From an uncultured virus (IMG/VR IMGVR_UViG_2806310790_000002) (Duplodnaviria; Heunggongvirae; Uroviricota; Caudoviricetes): DNA of 64,000 nucleotides. Shown in pieces: positions 8,495-17,297 of this stretch. Where the stretch lies: the IMG/VR virus record IMGVR_UViG_2806310790_000002. One strand, given 5' to 3'. The notes beneath the pieces are model-generated. The model had not been told where the DNA came from and made no database searches. It was given only the letters and a program-made list of their open reading frames with translations. A program made the position numbers and the translations under genes. Within the stretch, counting starts at the first letter, position 1, and the number at the start of each line of letters is the position of its first letter.

Positions 8495-10903
8495 TTATGC
8501 ATAAGTTTGCTCTCTTACTTCAAGTTCAGCTCCTCCCCCATTGTCAGCAGGCGCACCAATCCTGACAAGGCTGACTTTTTTTGCGTTTTTATTGATAATG
8601 ACCACATCGAATGCCTGTTCATTTATTGTTCCATTAGTTCGCTTACCATAAATATAAGAAGCCCTTTCACCAATCTCATCACTATCCGCATTAGCCTTGT
8701 CGCAAGTTGTAGAAAATATTGGTATACCACCATCTGTCTTTTTCATTAAGTCCATATGCGTATGCCCCTGCAACATACACGCAACATTTCCACTATGCGA
8801 ATCACATATATTAGCTATCTGCTGACCAATAGATGTTAATGTAGGAGTCCAAGATGTCGGATAATCATCAGACATATAATAATGAGCAACAACAACTGCA
8901 AGATAACCGTCTGGCATATTCGCTAGGGTATTGTTTAACCAAGTAGCCTGCGTTTCCTCAAATTTACCTGCCGAATCATCAGTAAACACCGAAAGGAACA
9001 CATACCTCATTTTCTGGACAGTGTTATCTACATAATAGTAATTTGTATTTGCATCGCCTATAACACAGTCTGTCATGCCACTTTGTAATGATGACCATAT
9101 TTCTGCGTCCGTGATATTGGTTTTTACCTGCACCTCATCTTCTTCAAAATAATTCATATATTCGTGATTGCCGATGGCGCGATATATCTTATTGCTTAAA
9201 GAATTAAACGCCAAGTTACAGTCTATGTTCAATCCGTCTGCATAATCTCCTCCCATTATAACTCTTGGTAACGGAACTCTGCTTGAAATGTAATTAATGA
9301 GCGCGGGGGAGTTTTTAGTATTGCGGAGCCAATGGATGTCCGTGATGAATACAAATGCATCGTAATTGCCTTGCGCATCCGCCATCTTACCTCTTATCGT
9401 TGATAGCTTATCCTTAAGGTAATTATCCTTCAAATAATATGCAGGTACAGGTTCGCTTCTAGTTTTTCGTATCTTAAGACCTGTATAAGTAGCATATGAT
9501 GCACTCATACCGCTTGTTGTCGGGTACAACCTTACAGACAAAGCTTCATATAACAAAGAAGGCAAAAAAACTATTTTACCCGCACCCATTGACTTAATCT
9601 CAGTTTTTTCACCGTTTTTCGTAAAACCATAAATTTGTATTGATCTAGCAGAAATAGCATCTTTTATGTTATCACAAGAAATTTCAACCTGTTCATCAGC
9701 CGCAACCCCGAATCGGGCGATATCCTTATAGATATAAGTTGCTTTATCTCCTCCTGTATTATCGTTATTTACATCCTCTCCGACAAGATACTCGTTATAA
9801 TCAAGTATTACGCCATCTTCAATATCCTTATCGTGGTATTTAGTTAAAGATATACCATCATAAATGTAAATAATTCCATTATATTTATACAATACACCTC
9901 TATCCAAGATATTAGTTTCTTCTGTATCAAATGGGGCTATGGAGCAACATCTATATATCTTATTTCTGGAGGTTGAATAATATAAATCACCGATTTTCCA
10001 ATCGCTATAAATGGCAGATGAAGCACCAATTCCAACCAGTTCAAACAATTTATCCTTACCATCAGCATAATCTTTTGCCTCTTTAATAATTAAGTTTGAG
10101 AAATCTGCATATAACTTGATTGTTCCAGACATAAGCACCGATGATCCTGTTAAGTAAATCGCTATAGCTTCAACATCGGAAGTAATATCTATCAATGTAT
10201 TTACATTTAATGCGGGGCTCCTTGTCTCATCTGTATACCATAAGTACACACTAGGATTCGAATTTATTATTCCATCTGCATCCACAACATTAAATGTCAC
10301 CTGAGAATCCTTTTTAATTATGCACGGGAACTTTACATCTGGTTCTACAGATAAACCCGCAGTTAGTGCTATATTTATCGTAGTTCTCCCTCCTGCTATT
10401 TTTTGCGTGTACGCAAGATTGTCAGAAACGCATTTAATACTTTCGTTTATCTCGGGAATAGACGTTGAAAGTGTTTCTACATCGTCTTCAACCCCATAAT
10501 ACTTGAATGAGGTGATAACATTTCCGGCATTATGACCTGTAATATAATATGCATAGCCAGTAATATCTCCACTTGTATAGGAGAATAGAGTACGCAGACT
10601 ATCGTAAGTAGTCTTATTCTTGATAGTTCTGCTTATCCGCATACCGTCATTCTTATAAATATAGAATGTCAGCATACAACCCGGCTGGAAAATAGCATCA
10701 GCATCTACATATAATCCGACATCTTCTCCATCTGCAAGAGTGAAATCCCGATTAACATATTCGCCATTGGCAGGTATTGCGTCAGTATTGCTTCGTGTGT
10801 ATCCAATTTTGGAAAATACTTCCTCAAAGTTCCCATCTATCCCTTGCGCAATGACTCCCCACTTTTGTTCGGAGTCTTTTGCTATATCAAATATCTTTTC
10901 CAT
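8495..10903 (-). CDS. Large protein with C-terminal calcineurin-like metallophosphoesterase domain
   Basis: Motifs TDIH, GGDYAD, GNHE, H and GHTH in the last ~290 aa; N-terminal beta-rich modules. Confidence 0.85.
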   Translation of the reverse strand: MEKIFDIAKDSEQKWGVIAQGIDGNFEEVFSKIGYTRSNTDAIPANGEYVNRDFTLADGEDVGLYVDADAIFQPGCMLTFYIYKNDGMRISRTIKNKTTYDSLRTLFSYTSGDITGYAYYITGHNAGNVITSFKYYGVEDDVETLSTSIPEINESIKCVSDNLAYTQKIAGGRTTINIALTAGLSVEPDVKFPCIIKKDSQVTFNVVDADGIINSNPSVYLWYTDETRSPALNVNTLIDITSDVEAIAIYLTGSSVLMSGTIKLYADFSNLIIKEAKDYADGKDKLFELVGIGASSAIYSDWKIGDLYYSTSRNKIYRCCSIAPFDTEETNILDRGVLYKYNGIIYIYDGISLTKYHDKDIEDGVILDYNEYLVGEDVNNDNTGGDKATYIYKDIARFGVAADEQVEISCDNIKDAISARSIQIYGFTKNGEKTEIKSMGAGKIVFLPSLLYEALSVRLYPTTSGMSASYATYTGLKIRKTRSEPVPAYYLKDNYLKDKLSTIRGKMADAQGNYDAFVFITDIHWLRNTKNSPALINYISSRVPLPRVIMGGDYADGLNIDCNLAFNSLSNKIYRAIGNHEYMNYFEEDEVQVKTNITDAEIWSSLQSGMTDCVIGDANTNYYYVDNTVQKMRYVFLSVFTDDSAGKFEETQATWLNNTLANMPDGYLAVVVAHYYMSDDYPTSWTPTLTSIGQQIANICDSHSGNVACMLQGHTHMDLMKKTDGGIPIFSTTCDKANADSDEIGERASYIYGKRTNGTINEQAFDVVIINKNAKKVSLVRIGAPADNGGGAELEVREQTYA

Positions 10904-10906
10904 AAC

Positions 10907-12913
10907 TTATTCGTTTTTAATTAATGTTTCATTGGTTATTAAAGTCTCGTTGTCTAACATTGTCAAGTAGCTGGAGATAACTATGTTGATCTTCTGTGGA
11001 GACTTGGTGACCTTTCCGGTTACTTCATAGACACCGTTGTCTCCAGATATGGATATGTCGCTAATGGCGTTAGATGACACACCGACCAGTTTATCAGAAG
11101 CATTTGACAAGGTTATGGTGATAGTGACTGCGCTACCCTCGGCAATGTATTCTCCTGGATTAACTGAGTAAGAGATTGAGGAGTAAGGGACATTGCTCTT
11201 GATAACCGGTCTAAACTCCACCATGCCCGGATATAAAGTGCCTAGTTTATGCTTCTTTAGCTGGCGCTCGATTAAGAATTTACTCATAGAGTAATGAAAA
11301 AGCATAAAGGAATACAGCGCTAAAGCGGAATAACCGTTATTGATACCATACCTAGCGATTGTTAATCCTGTGCCTAAACTAGTAGAAGAACCTTTATTAA
11401 TAACTGTATCTTTATACTGATATGTTGACTGATAACAAATCTCTCTTTCCTTATTGATAGATATAGTAGTATTAGCTAGATAGGAATAGGTAGATTCATT
11501 TGCGTTAACGCTTCTATGTTCTATTAAGAAGGGAGTATTAGCATTTTCACCAGCAGCATCACTTGTAGCTGTAAACTGAGGAGTACTTACTATTGGATAT
11601 GCTCTATCAATAACCACAGTGTAATCCTTCAATCCCAAGTCACCTACAAACTGACCATAGTCATCTACTCCGTCTGATTGCAAGCCTCCTTCTTCGTTAA
11701 TACCACTTTCTGGAGTTCTAGCATAATTATATAACGTCATATCACGTCCATTACCACTAAAGTCTTTAAGATACCAATCTTCATCGGGAGTATCGTTAGT
11801 AAGACCTTGCTTCTTCACATTGTAGTAAATATCAGGTTTAACATACTTGTCCAAGTTGTAGTAGGCTATTACTTGATTAATCTCGTCAGTGGTTAATGCT
11901 CGTTTGGCGATGAAAGTCCAGTACCAAGCAACAGAGGAAACTTCCGTAGGGCTACCGTCCTTGATATAACCAGCGACACTATAATGAATATCACTATAAT
12001 TAGTTATATTATAACCCATTGCTTCGTAATCAGCCTTATCACCAAGTATATTGTTGATTAGATTACTTGCTCCCACCTCTGTATTACCTTTAGATATCTT
12101 ATATCCATAGATACCTGTTTTACCGGAAGTCTTAACATTGGTTCTACTCCATATAGAACCTTCTCTTATATAATTAGTAAATCCATAGCTATCAGGGACT
12201 GGTGATACCTGGTGAATCATGGACACCACCGTTAACTCCTTGCTTCCGTCCAGCATCTCGGATACAGGATTCTGACTGACAATCATGTCGTTGACTCCGT
12301 CAGTAACAAAGGAACCCTCATATTCTGGAATTTGCTCAATAACTAATTTAGACCAGTCAACATTGGGAGTTTGAGCAACAAATCCGTGAATTTCTTCTGT
12401 ATTAGTTCTTGCAGGTAACTCATTTATTCCATTTATAAGATTTATCCAACTTCCGCCAGTATAATTAAGAACCCCGTCCTTAGGTATTCCAGAAACTCTA
12501 ACTTTATACGTAGGGGAAGGAGAATTAGTATAGCCTAACCAAAATCCTTTATCATAATCAAAAGATTTATCAAGATATATCTTACTAGAGGTACGAACAA
12601 TTCCCTTAGTACCATAATCTTTCATGGTACTAAAATCTTCAGCATACTTACCGAAGCCACTATTTAACTTATACGCAGCATTAAGTATCTCAAAATCCCC
12701 TCCCCTGCCAGGAAGCTTGTTCTTGATGATATTGCGGTCGGGATCAGTGTTGCTCTTGCCGTCAGCTATCCATACACCTGCCAAGGAAGACAATACATCG
12801 GGAGAGATGTAGGGACGGTCGGTGACAGAAGAACCAACGGAAGTTGAACCGATTCGATTCAAGCCGATACGGTTCAACCCTATTGTATTTAATGACAACT
12901 TGTTAAGCTTCAT
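10907..12913 (-). CDS. Putative virion-associated protein with duplicated LamG/ConA-like modules
   Basis: Two similar modules (TDGVNDM / SDGVDDY; KRALTTDEI); DFSGNGRD motif; C-terminal Ig-like segment. Confidence 0.7.
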   Translation of the reverse strand: MKLNKLSLNTIGLNRIGLNRIGSTSVGSSVTDRPYISPDVLSSLAGVWIADGKSNTDPDRNIIKNKLPGRGGDFEILNAAYKLNSGFGKYAEDFSTMKDYGTKGIVRTSSKIYLDKSFDYDKGFWLGYTNSPSPTYKVRVSGIPKDGVLNYTGGSWINLINGINELPARTNTEEIHGFVAQTPNVDWSKLVIEQIPEYEGSFVTDGVNDMIVSQNPVSEMLDGSKELTVVSMIHQVSPVPDSYGFTNYIREGSIWSRTNVKTSGKTGIYGYKISKGNTEVGASNLINNILGDKADYEAMGYNITNYSDIHYSVAGYIKDGSPTEVSSVAWYWTFIAKRALTTDEINQVIAYYNLDKYVKPDIYYNVKKQGLTNDTPDEDWYLKDFSGNGRDMTLYNYARTPESGINEEGGLQSDGVDDYGQFVGDLGLKDYTVVIDRAYPIVSTPQFTATSDAAGENANTPFLIEHRSVNANESTYSYLANTTISINKEREICYQSTYQYKDTVINKGSSTSLGTGLTIARYGINNGYSALALYSFMLFHYSMSKFLIERQLKKHKLGTLYPGMVEFRPVIKSNVPYSSISYSVNPGEYIAEGSAVTITITLSNASDKLVGVSSNAISDISISGDNGVYEVTGKVTKSPQKINIVISSYLTMLDNETLITNETLIKNE

Positions 12914-13202
12914 TGCCGGATTCGGTTAATATTCCACTTGTTACCTCACTGTCACTTTCGACGCGAATTGTCTTTGGATAAACTAATGCTGAAAAATCAC
13001 AGTCTATGGTTGTCCCTGCATTGTACGCAAGACTTCCAGGCAAAACAACGGACTCAAAATTCCCCTCACTTGTCGTCCGTTGAAGGATACTCACTCGACC
13101 GTAGTCGGCACGCTCCAAATGGATATTGAAATCAGAATTTACCTGAAATTCTGCATACCATACGCTACTGTTCTTTTTGAACTCCAAATTTATTGTTGCC
13201 AT
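12903..13202 (-). CDS. Small beta-rich hypothetical protein (paralog of 39675-39965)
   Basis: Shares a MA.I..LEF.K....EF......I...R...G..S pattern with 39675-39965. Confidence 0.7.
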   Translation of the reverse strand: MATINLEFKKNSSVWYAEFQVNSDFNIHLERADYGRVSILQRTTSEGNFESVVLPGSLAYNAGTTIDCDFSALVYPKTIRVESDSEVTSGILTESGNEA

Positions 13203-13220
13203 GATCGTTCCTCCTATTGA

Positions 13221-13628
13221 TTATAATTTTAAAACCTGTTTTTTCACATTGCAGCTATCATAGCTAACGTGAACCCATGAGAAATTCTTCTCGTCTATTA
13301 GCTGTGTAAAAGGAATTTCAAGCTCCTGTATGAGATTGAACAGCCTTTTGTTTTCCTCCTTTGTGTTCGGGGTACCAACTATATCAGCAGCCATTCCTTT
13401 CATATGTTCACTGGTCTTACTTCCTCCTACGGCCTTATTCAAGACCTCACAACGATACCCACTCGTTACAGTAACAGGCTTACCATAGGCTTCACGAAGA
13501 GGATCAAGAACATTGTCTATCAAACCATTCACATTACATATTAATGATTTTGGCAGACGATTGTCAATGCCGCACCTATCTGCCGTTTCACTCTTTACCA
13601 TTTCGGCTATCGTGAAATACTTTCCCAT
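13221..13628 (-). CDS. Endolysin, peptidase M15 family
   Basis: TSGYRC..LNKAVGG..TSEHMKGMAAD and WVHVSY motifs. Confidence 0.9.
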   Translation of the reverse strand: MGKYFTIAEMVKSETADRCGIDNRLPKSLICNVNGLIDNVLDPLREAYGKPVTVTSGYRCEVLNKAVGGSKTSEHMKGMAADIVGTPNTKEENKRLFNLIQELEIPFTQLIDEKNFSWVHVSYDSCNVKKQVLKL

Positions 13629-13640
13629 ATATCTTTCCTC

Positions 13641-13865
13641 CTATAAAATCAATATTAATACTACAACCTGGATCACCTGACCAATAACTCCTCCTATTAA
13701 TGTAGTAGCAATATCAAGCCAATCCCATTTATTCCCGTATGCGCGGTCTTTAAATTCCATGCCGGCAGCCAGCCCCGCGACAAACAAGATCGTCAGAAGT
13801 ACACCTGCCGGAATAGCGTAGAGCAAGTGCTTCATACGGTTACTTTCCCTTATCCAGCTCATCAT
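13641..13865 (-). CDS. Small membrane protein (lysis cassette)
   Basis: Two hydrophobic segments; WDWLDI motif. Confidence 0.7.
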   Translation of the reverse strand: MMSWIRESNRMKHLLYAIPAGVLLTILFVAGLAAGMEFKDRAYGNKWDWLDIATTLIGGVIGQVIQVVVLILIL

Positions 13866-14103
13866 TCTTTGTTTCTTTATTATTCAGTCTATCAACTAAA
13901 CTGTTAAACTTACCGTTAACATAGATGCCAATACCAAATATACTACCAGCATATATCAGACATTGAGCAAAAAACCATAATACGCTATCATGGATCTGTC
14001 CTAACGGCTCTACAACAAAACCCGCAACGGATAGTCCGACTCCTGCAAACAACATTCCTACTGCGGTCCATACCTGTATATCTTCTTTTGTATTCTTCTT
14101 CAT
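13840..14103 (-). CDS. Probable holin
   Basis: Two TM helices, charged C-terminal tail, upstream of the endolysin. Confidence 0.65.
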   Translation of the reverse strand: MKKNTKEDIQVWTAVGMLFAGVGLSVAGFVVEPLGQIHDSVLWFFAQCLIYAGSIFGIGIYVNGKFNSLVDRLNNKETKNDELDKGK

Positions 14104-14600
14104 ATCAAGCAAGTCAGATAAACGGTTAACAACGAAACTGTCTCAATCCAGAACATAGGCTTCCTTTTGACAAGAGTCGCAATGAAGTTACCCGTCCAGT
14201 TCTCACTTATCGCAATAGCCAGATATGCAATGAATCCCACCCATAAGAAGAGCCAATACCAGGCATTACAACCTACCCATATTTGGGAGAATATTAAAGA
14301 CATAGCAGCACCGATACAATGTGATACCTTCTGACTTCCTTTAAAGTTGGGAGACACACCTAGCACTCCCATTCCGACAACAGAAAGGAATACAAGAAAC
14401 TGGCTGTTCTCGGAACTGGCTTCCAATGCAGCCGGAAGAAGCAATGCGCCGGAACCGACCATGCAAAGAGTAAACCAAAACTTATGCGTCAGGGCGTAGT
14501 AGGTATCACTGATTGAATAAGGGATTTCTTTACCCTTCTTTATCATCGCAAGGACATACCCGGCGATGAGGATGAATGACATTAATACTAGTAGAATCAT
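14100..14600 (-). CDS. Multi-pass membrane protein
   Basis: About five hydrophobic segments; PYSISDTYY motif. Confidence 0.75.
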   Translation of the reverse strand: MILLVLMSFILIAGYVLAMIKKGKEIPYSISDTYYALTHKFWFTLCMVGSGALLLPAALEASSENSQFLVFLSVVGMGVLGVSPNFKGSQKVSHCIGAAMSLIFSQIWVGCNAWYWLFLWVGFIAYLAIAISENWTGNFIATLVKRKPMFWIETVSLLTVYLTCLI

Positions 14601-14619
14601 AGGTTTATCTGTTTATAGT

Positions 14620-15150
14620 TTATAATACAAAATTGAGTTTCTCCGGATAACCGGTTTTATAATTATAGGAATTAACCTCTTCTTTGCTAAGCAAATTTTT
14701 TACGGTTGCAATATGAGCCTGTGTAGTATTGTAGCAGTCAAGAGCGTACAACTCCAATGAGTTCAACATTAAGAAAGCACTAGATATGGGTATTGTATAT
14801 TTTACAGCATCAAACCACAGAACTGTATTAAGCCTTCCCGCTTGATTCTCAACATTAATTGAGTTAACTAATCCTACGCGGGTATCCTTATCTAGCCAGA
14901 TTTGCTTTCCGTCTAACATAAAAGAGTTTACGGCATCTGACTGATCGTAGGTTTTGATCTCTGCTATCTTCATATCTTTCAATTCATCTAGAGAAAATTG
15001 ATATTCAACCAATACCGGGTATCCGCTCTCATTCTCCTTGATTTCTTTTCCGGTAGATTGACCGTCAATTAATTCTTGCCAATATTCCTCCGTTATTTCT
15101 ATTGAACCTTCTATTGGTTCATCATAGAATCCTTGTTTCCAATACTTCAT
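14620..15150 (-). CDS. DUF4376-like tail fibre-associated protein
   Basis: EIKTYDQSDAVNSF..WLDKDTRVGL..LELYALDCYNTTQAH..GYPEKL pattern; follows the fibre gene. Confidence 0.7.
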   Translation of the reverse strand: MKYWKQGFYDEPIEGSIEITEEYWQELIDGQSTGKEIKENESGYPVLVEYQFSLDELKDMKIAEIKTYDQSDAVNSFMLDGKQIWLDKDTRVGLVNSINVENQAGRLNTVLWFDAVKYTIPISSAFLMLNSLELYALDCYNTTQAHIATVKNLLSKEEVNSYNYKTGYPEKLNFVL

Positions 15151-15166
15151 GACATTTGTTTTTAAA

Positions 15167-15568
15167 TTATTTCCAACGACCAATAGCTATCCAAAAGAAA
15201 TTCCAATTGCTGGGTAATACTCCATTTGAAATATTAGTTGCTGTTATTCCGCTCACAAATGTAGTTCTTGTTTTGTTGTTTACATAAGGCGATAGAATAA
15301 CTGATTCTGATAAATTTTTGTATTCAGCACAAATTGAAAATGAATAATTAATATCCAAAAAGGACATTGGAAGATAGTAAGTATGATAAGTTGTATATCC
15401 TCCTCCTTTCCCCCATTGAATCAACATCCCATTATTGAACTTGGCATAGCCGTTTTGATTGAGGTTTACCGTCATGGCATTGGAAAGGTCTGCTTTAGCC
15501 AAGTTTGGAATTTGTCCTAATAGCTCTTCAATCTTAGCTCCCGAATATTGACTGTTATAATCATTCAT
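15167..15568 (-). CDS. Short tail fibre / gp53-like receptor-binding domain protein
   Basis: NGYAKFNNGMLIQWG...WIAIG signature. Confidence 0.75.
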   Translation of the reverse strand: MNDYNSQYSGAKIEELLGQIPNLAKADLSNAMTVNLNQNGYAKFNNGMLIQWGKGGGYTTYHTYYLPMSFLDINYSFSICAEYKNLSESVILSPYVNNKTRTTFVSGITATNISNGVLPSNWNFFWIAIGRWK

Positions 15569-15836
15569 AAAACTTACTCTTTATAACGTTAAACGTACTA
15601 CCGTCAGACAGTAGAAACCGTCCTTCGGTCACAGCAAATGCCTGTCTTTTACCTTCTTGAGACACCGTAGTAGAAACAGAAGCTGGATTATTACCCTTAG
15701 TAGTTGAGAACACGACAATTTGTTGCCTGTCCAATCCTTCATTGGCAATGTCACTCATTACGCTTGCGGCCCCATTAGAGCCGGGCGTAATGACAATGTT
15801 TCCTTCTCCTTTCTTCCAAGGTACAAGTATATCCAT
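15561..15836 (-). CDS. Tail-associated hypothetical protein
   Basis: BACON-like strand pattern; position in the tail module. Confidence 0.65.
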   Translation of the reverse strand: MDILVPWKKGEGNIVITPGSNGAASVMSDIANEGLDRQQIVVFSTTKGNNPASVSTTVSQEGKRQAFAVTEGRFLLSDGSTFNVIKSKFYE

Positions 15837-16444
15837 TATGCAGCAGTCCAAGAAGTGTTAGACGTAACATTCACGGATACCGCAGAACCATTCTGAGGAA
15901 TAGTAATTTCTGTCGGAGAAACAGACAATGTAGCATCACCGGCAGCTTGTTTGATAGCAATCTGAGCTGCTTGTCCACCATTAGCTGTTACCTTTAAGGT
16001 TCTAACGACTTCTTCAATAGTATCGTTTTTAGGGAATTCCAATTCAATAGAAAAGGGAAATTCCGCAGTAACTCCTGGATCACCAGTAATAGCAGCCGCA
16101 TTGTTAGTCTGAGTTCCATTTGCACTATACTTTGCAGGTAAAGTAACATCAACCACACTTCCCGCCCATGCAAATGTTAGCTTCGAAGAGTTTGTTTTAC
16201 CCTCTACAGTAACAGTACCCGCTGTTTTGGGGGCAGACATTTCAGAGCCATTGTCAAAAGAAGCAAACTCAGACTTCGGAGATTGAGTTACCTTATAGGT
16301 AGAAGGGGTAGATACACCAACACCGGTAACTGTTACTGTTCCCGTGCGAGCTGTACGCCCAGTATGAGCGTCTGCGCTATTCGCAATTGTTCCGTTACCC
16401 GAACCGGTAGACGGATTTAGTTTTAACCAACTAGGTTTTGCCAT
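15836..16444 (-). CDS. BACON-domain tail protein
   Basis: PSWLKLNPSTGSGNG..HTGRTARTGTVTV and VNVTSNTSWT motifs. Confidence 0.8.
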   Translation of the reverse strand: MAKPSWLKLNPSTGSGNGTIANSADAHTGRTARTGTVTVTGVGVSTPSTYKVTQSPKSEFASFDNGSEMSAPKTAGTVTVEGKTNSSKLTFAWAGSVVDVTLPAKYSANGTQTNNAAAITGDPGVTAEFPFSIELEFPKNDTIEEVVRTLKVTANGGQAAQIAIKQAAGDATLSVSPTEITIPQNGSAVSVNVTSNTSWTAA

Positions 16445-16478
16445 AATTCAATTCATTAAATAATTAAACAATATATTT

Positions 16479-16730
16479 TTATTCTTCTGTTGACGTAGTC
16501 CATACCACATTTGATAGCACATCAACGTTATCCTCAAAATTATTAGAAGGCATTAACCATATATAATCCGGAGACACACTCAAATAAGCATCCTTTCCTA
16601 CATCGCAAACAACACCTGCCGTAACTCGGATTGAAGGAGCAAAACAAGCAGAGACATTTATACCTCCTGTATCACCTGCCTTGACCTCAATCTTCGGGTT
16701 AACTATTATGTTTACTTGTATGCAACTCAT
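16479..16730 (-). CDS. Tail-associated hypothetical protein
   Basis: YLSVSPDYIWL...VLSNVVW, similar to BACON linker motif. Confidence 0.65.
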   Translation of the reverse strand: MSCIQVNIIVNPKIEVKAGDTGGINVSACFAPSIRVTAGVVCDVGKDAYLSVSPDYIWLMPSNNFEDNVDVLSNVVWTTSTEE

Positions 16731-16734
16731 ATTG

Positions 16735-17034
16735 TCAAACCGTTTTAATGCCTGTACTTATTCGGTCTATTTCCTTACGAATCCCCCCCTCACAATCCGA
16801 ATCAGGAATGTATGCGGTAGTTTCAATATTTATATCTCCACTCCCTATAATTCCGGTATCAATATAAGCCTCGTAATTCTTCTCATCAACACGTTTCATG
16901 TCCTTCTTCTCTATAAATTGGGACCGATTTGAATATACATAGAACTTACAAGAGAAGTCTACATCGTCCATTGTTAACCCCGAGGGGAACTCAATGGAGA
17001 GCATCACCTTTATTATTGATCCTTTTACTCGCAT
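16735..17034 (-). CDS. Tail-associated hypothetical protein (BppU-like beta fold possible)
   Basis: 99-aa ORF in the tail operon. Confidence 0.6.
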   Translation of the reverse strand: MRVKGSIIKVMLSIEFPSGLTMDDVDFSCKFYVYSNRSQFIEKKDMKRVDEKNYEAYIDTGIIGSGDINIETTAYIPDSDCEGGIRKEIDRISTGIKTV

Positions 17035-17285
17035 ACTGAAAGAGCTTCGTTGACAGCAACCTGAACAAATGCTACAAAATTTGTTTTCACATACCCTTTG
17101 ATTTGTTCTGCCTGTTCAGGAGACAATTCCACTTCACCGTTCTTATAAATGTTTTGCGCAAGCTCCAATTCTCCTAAATCAGAAGTCTTTTGGTAAATCG
17201 CATTACCTAACATTTTTGAAATATCAAGTGAATTCTCCTTTCCCTCGATATCCTTTACTTCAATTTTTCTAAAATCTATTTTCAT
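17025..17285 (-). CDS. Hypothetical protein
   Basis: 86-aa ORF in the tail operon. Confidence 0.7.
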   Translation of the reverse strand: MKIDFRKIEVKDIEGKENSLDISKMLGNAIYQKTSDLGELELAQNIYKNGEVELSPEQAEQIKGYVKTNFVAFVQVAVNEALSVCE

Positions 17286-17297
17286 AATTATCTAGTT

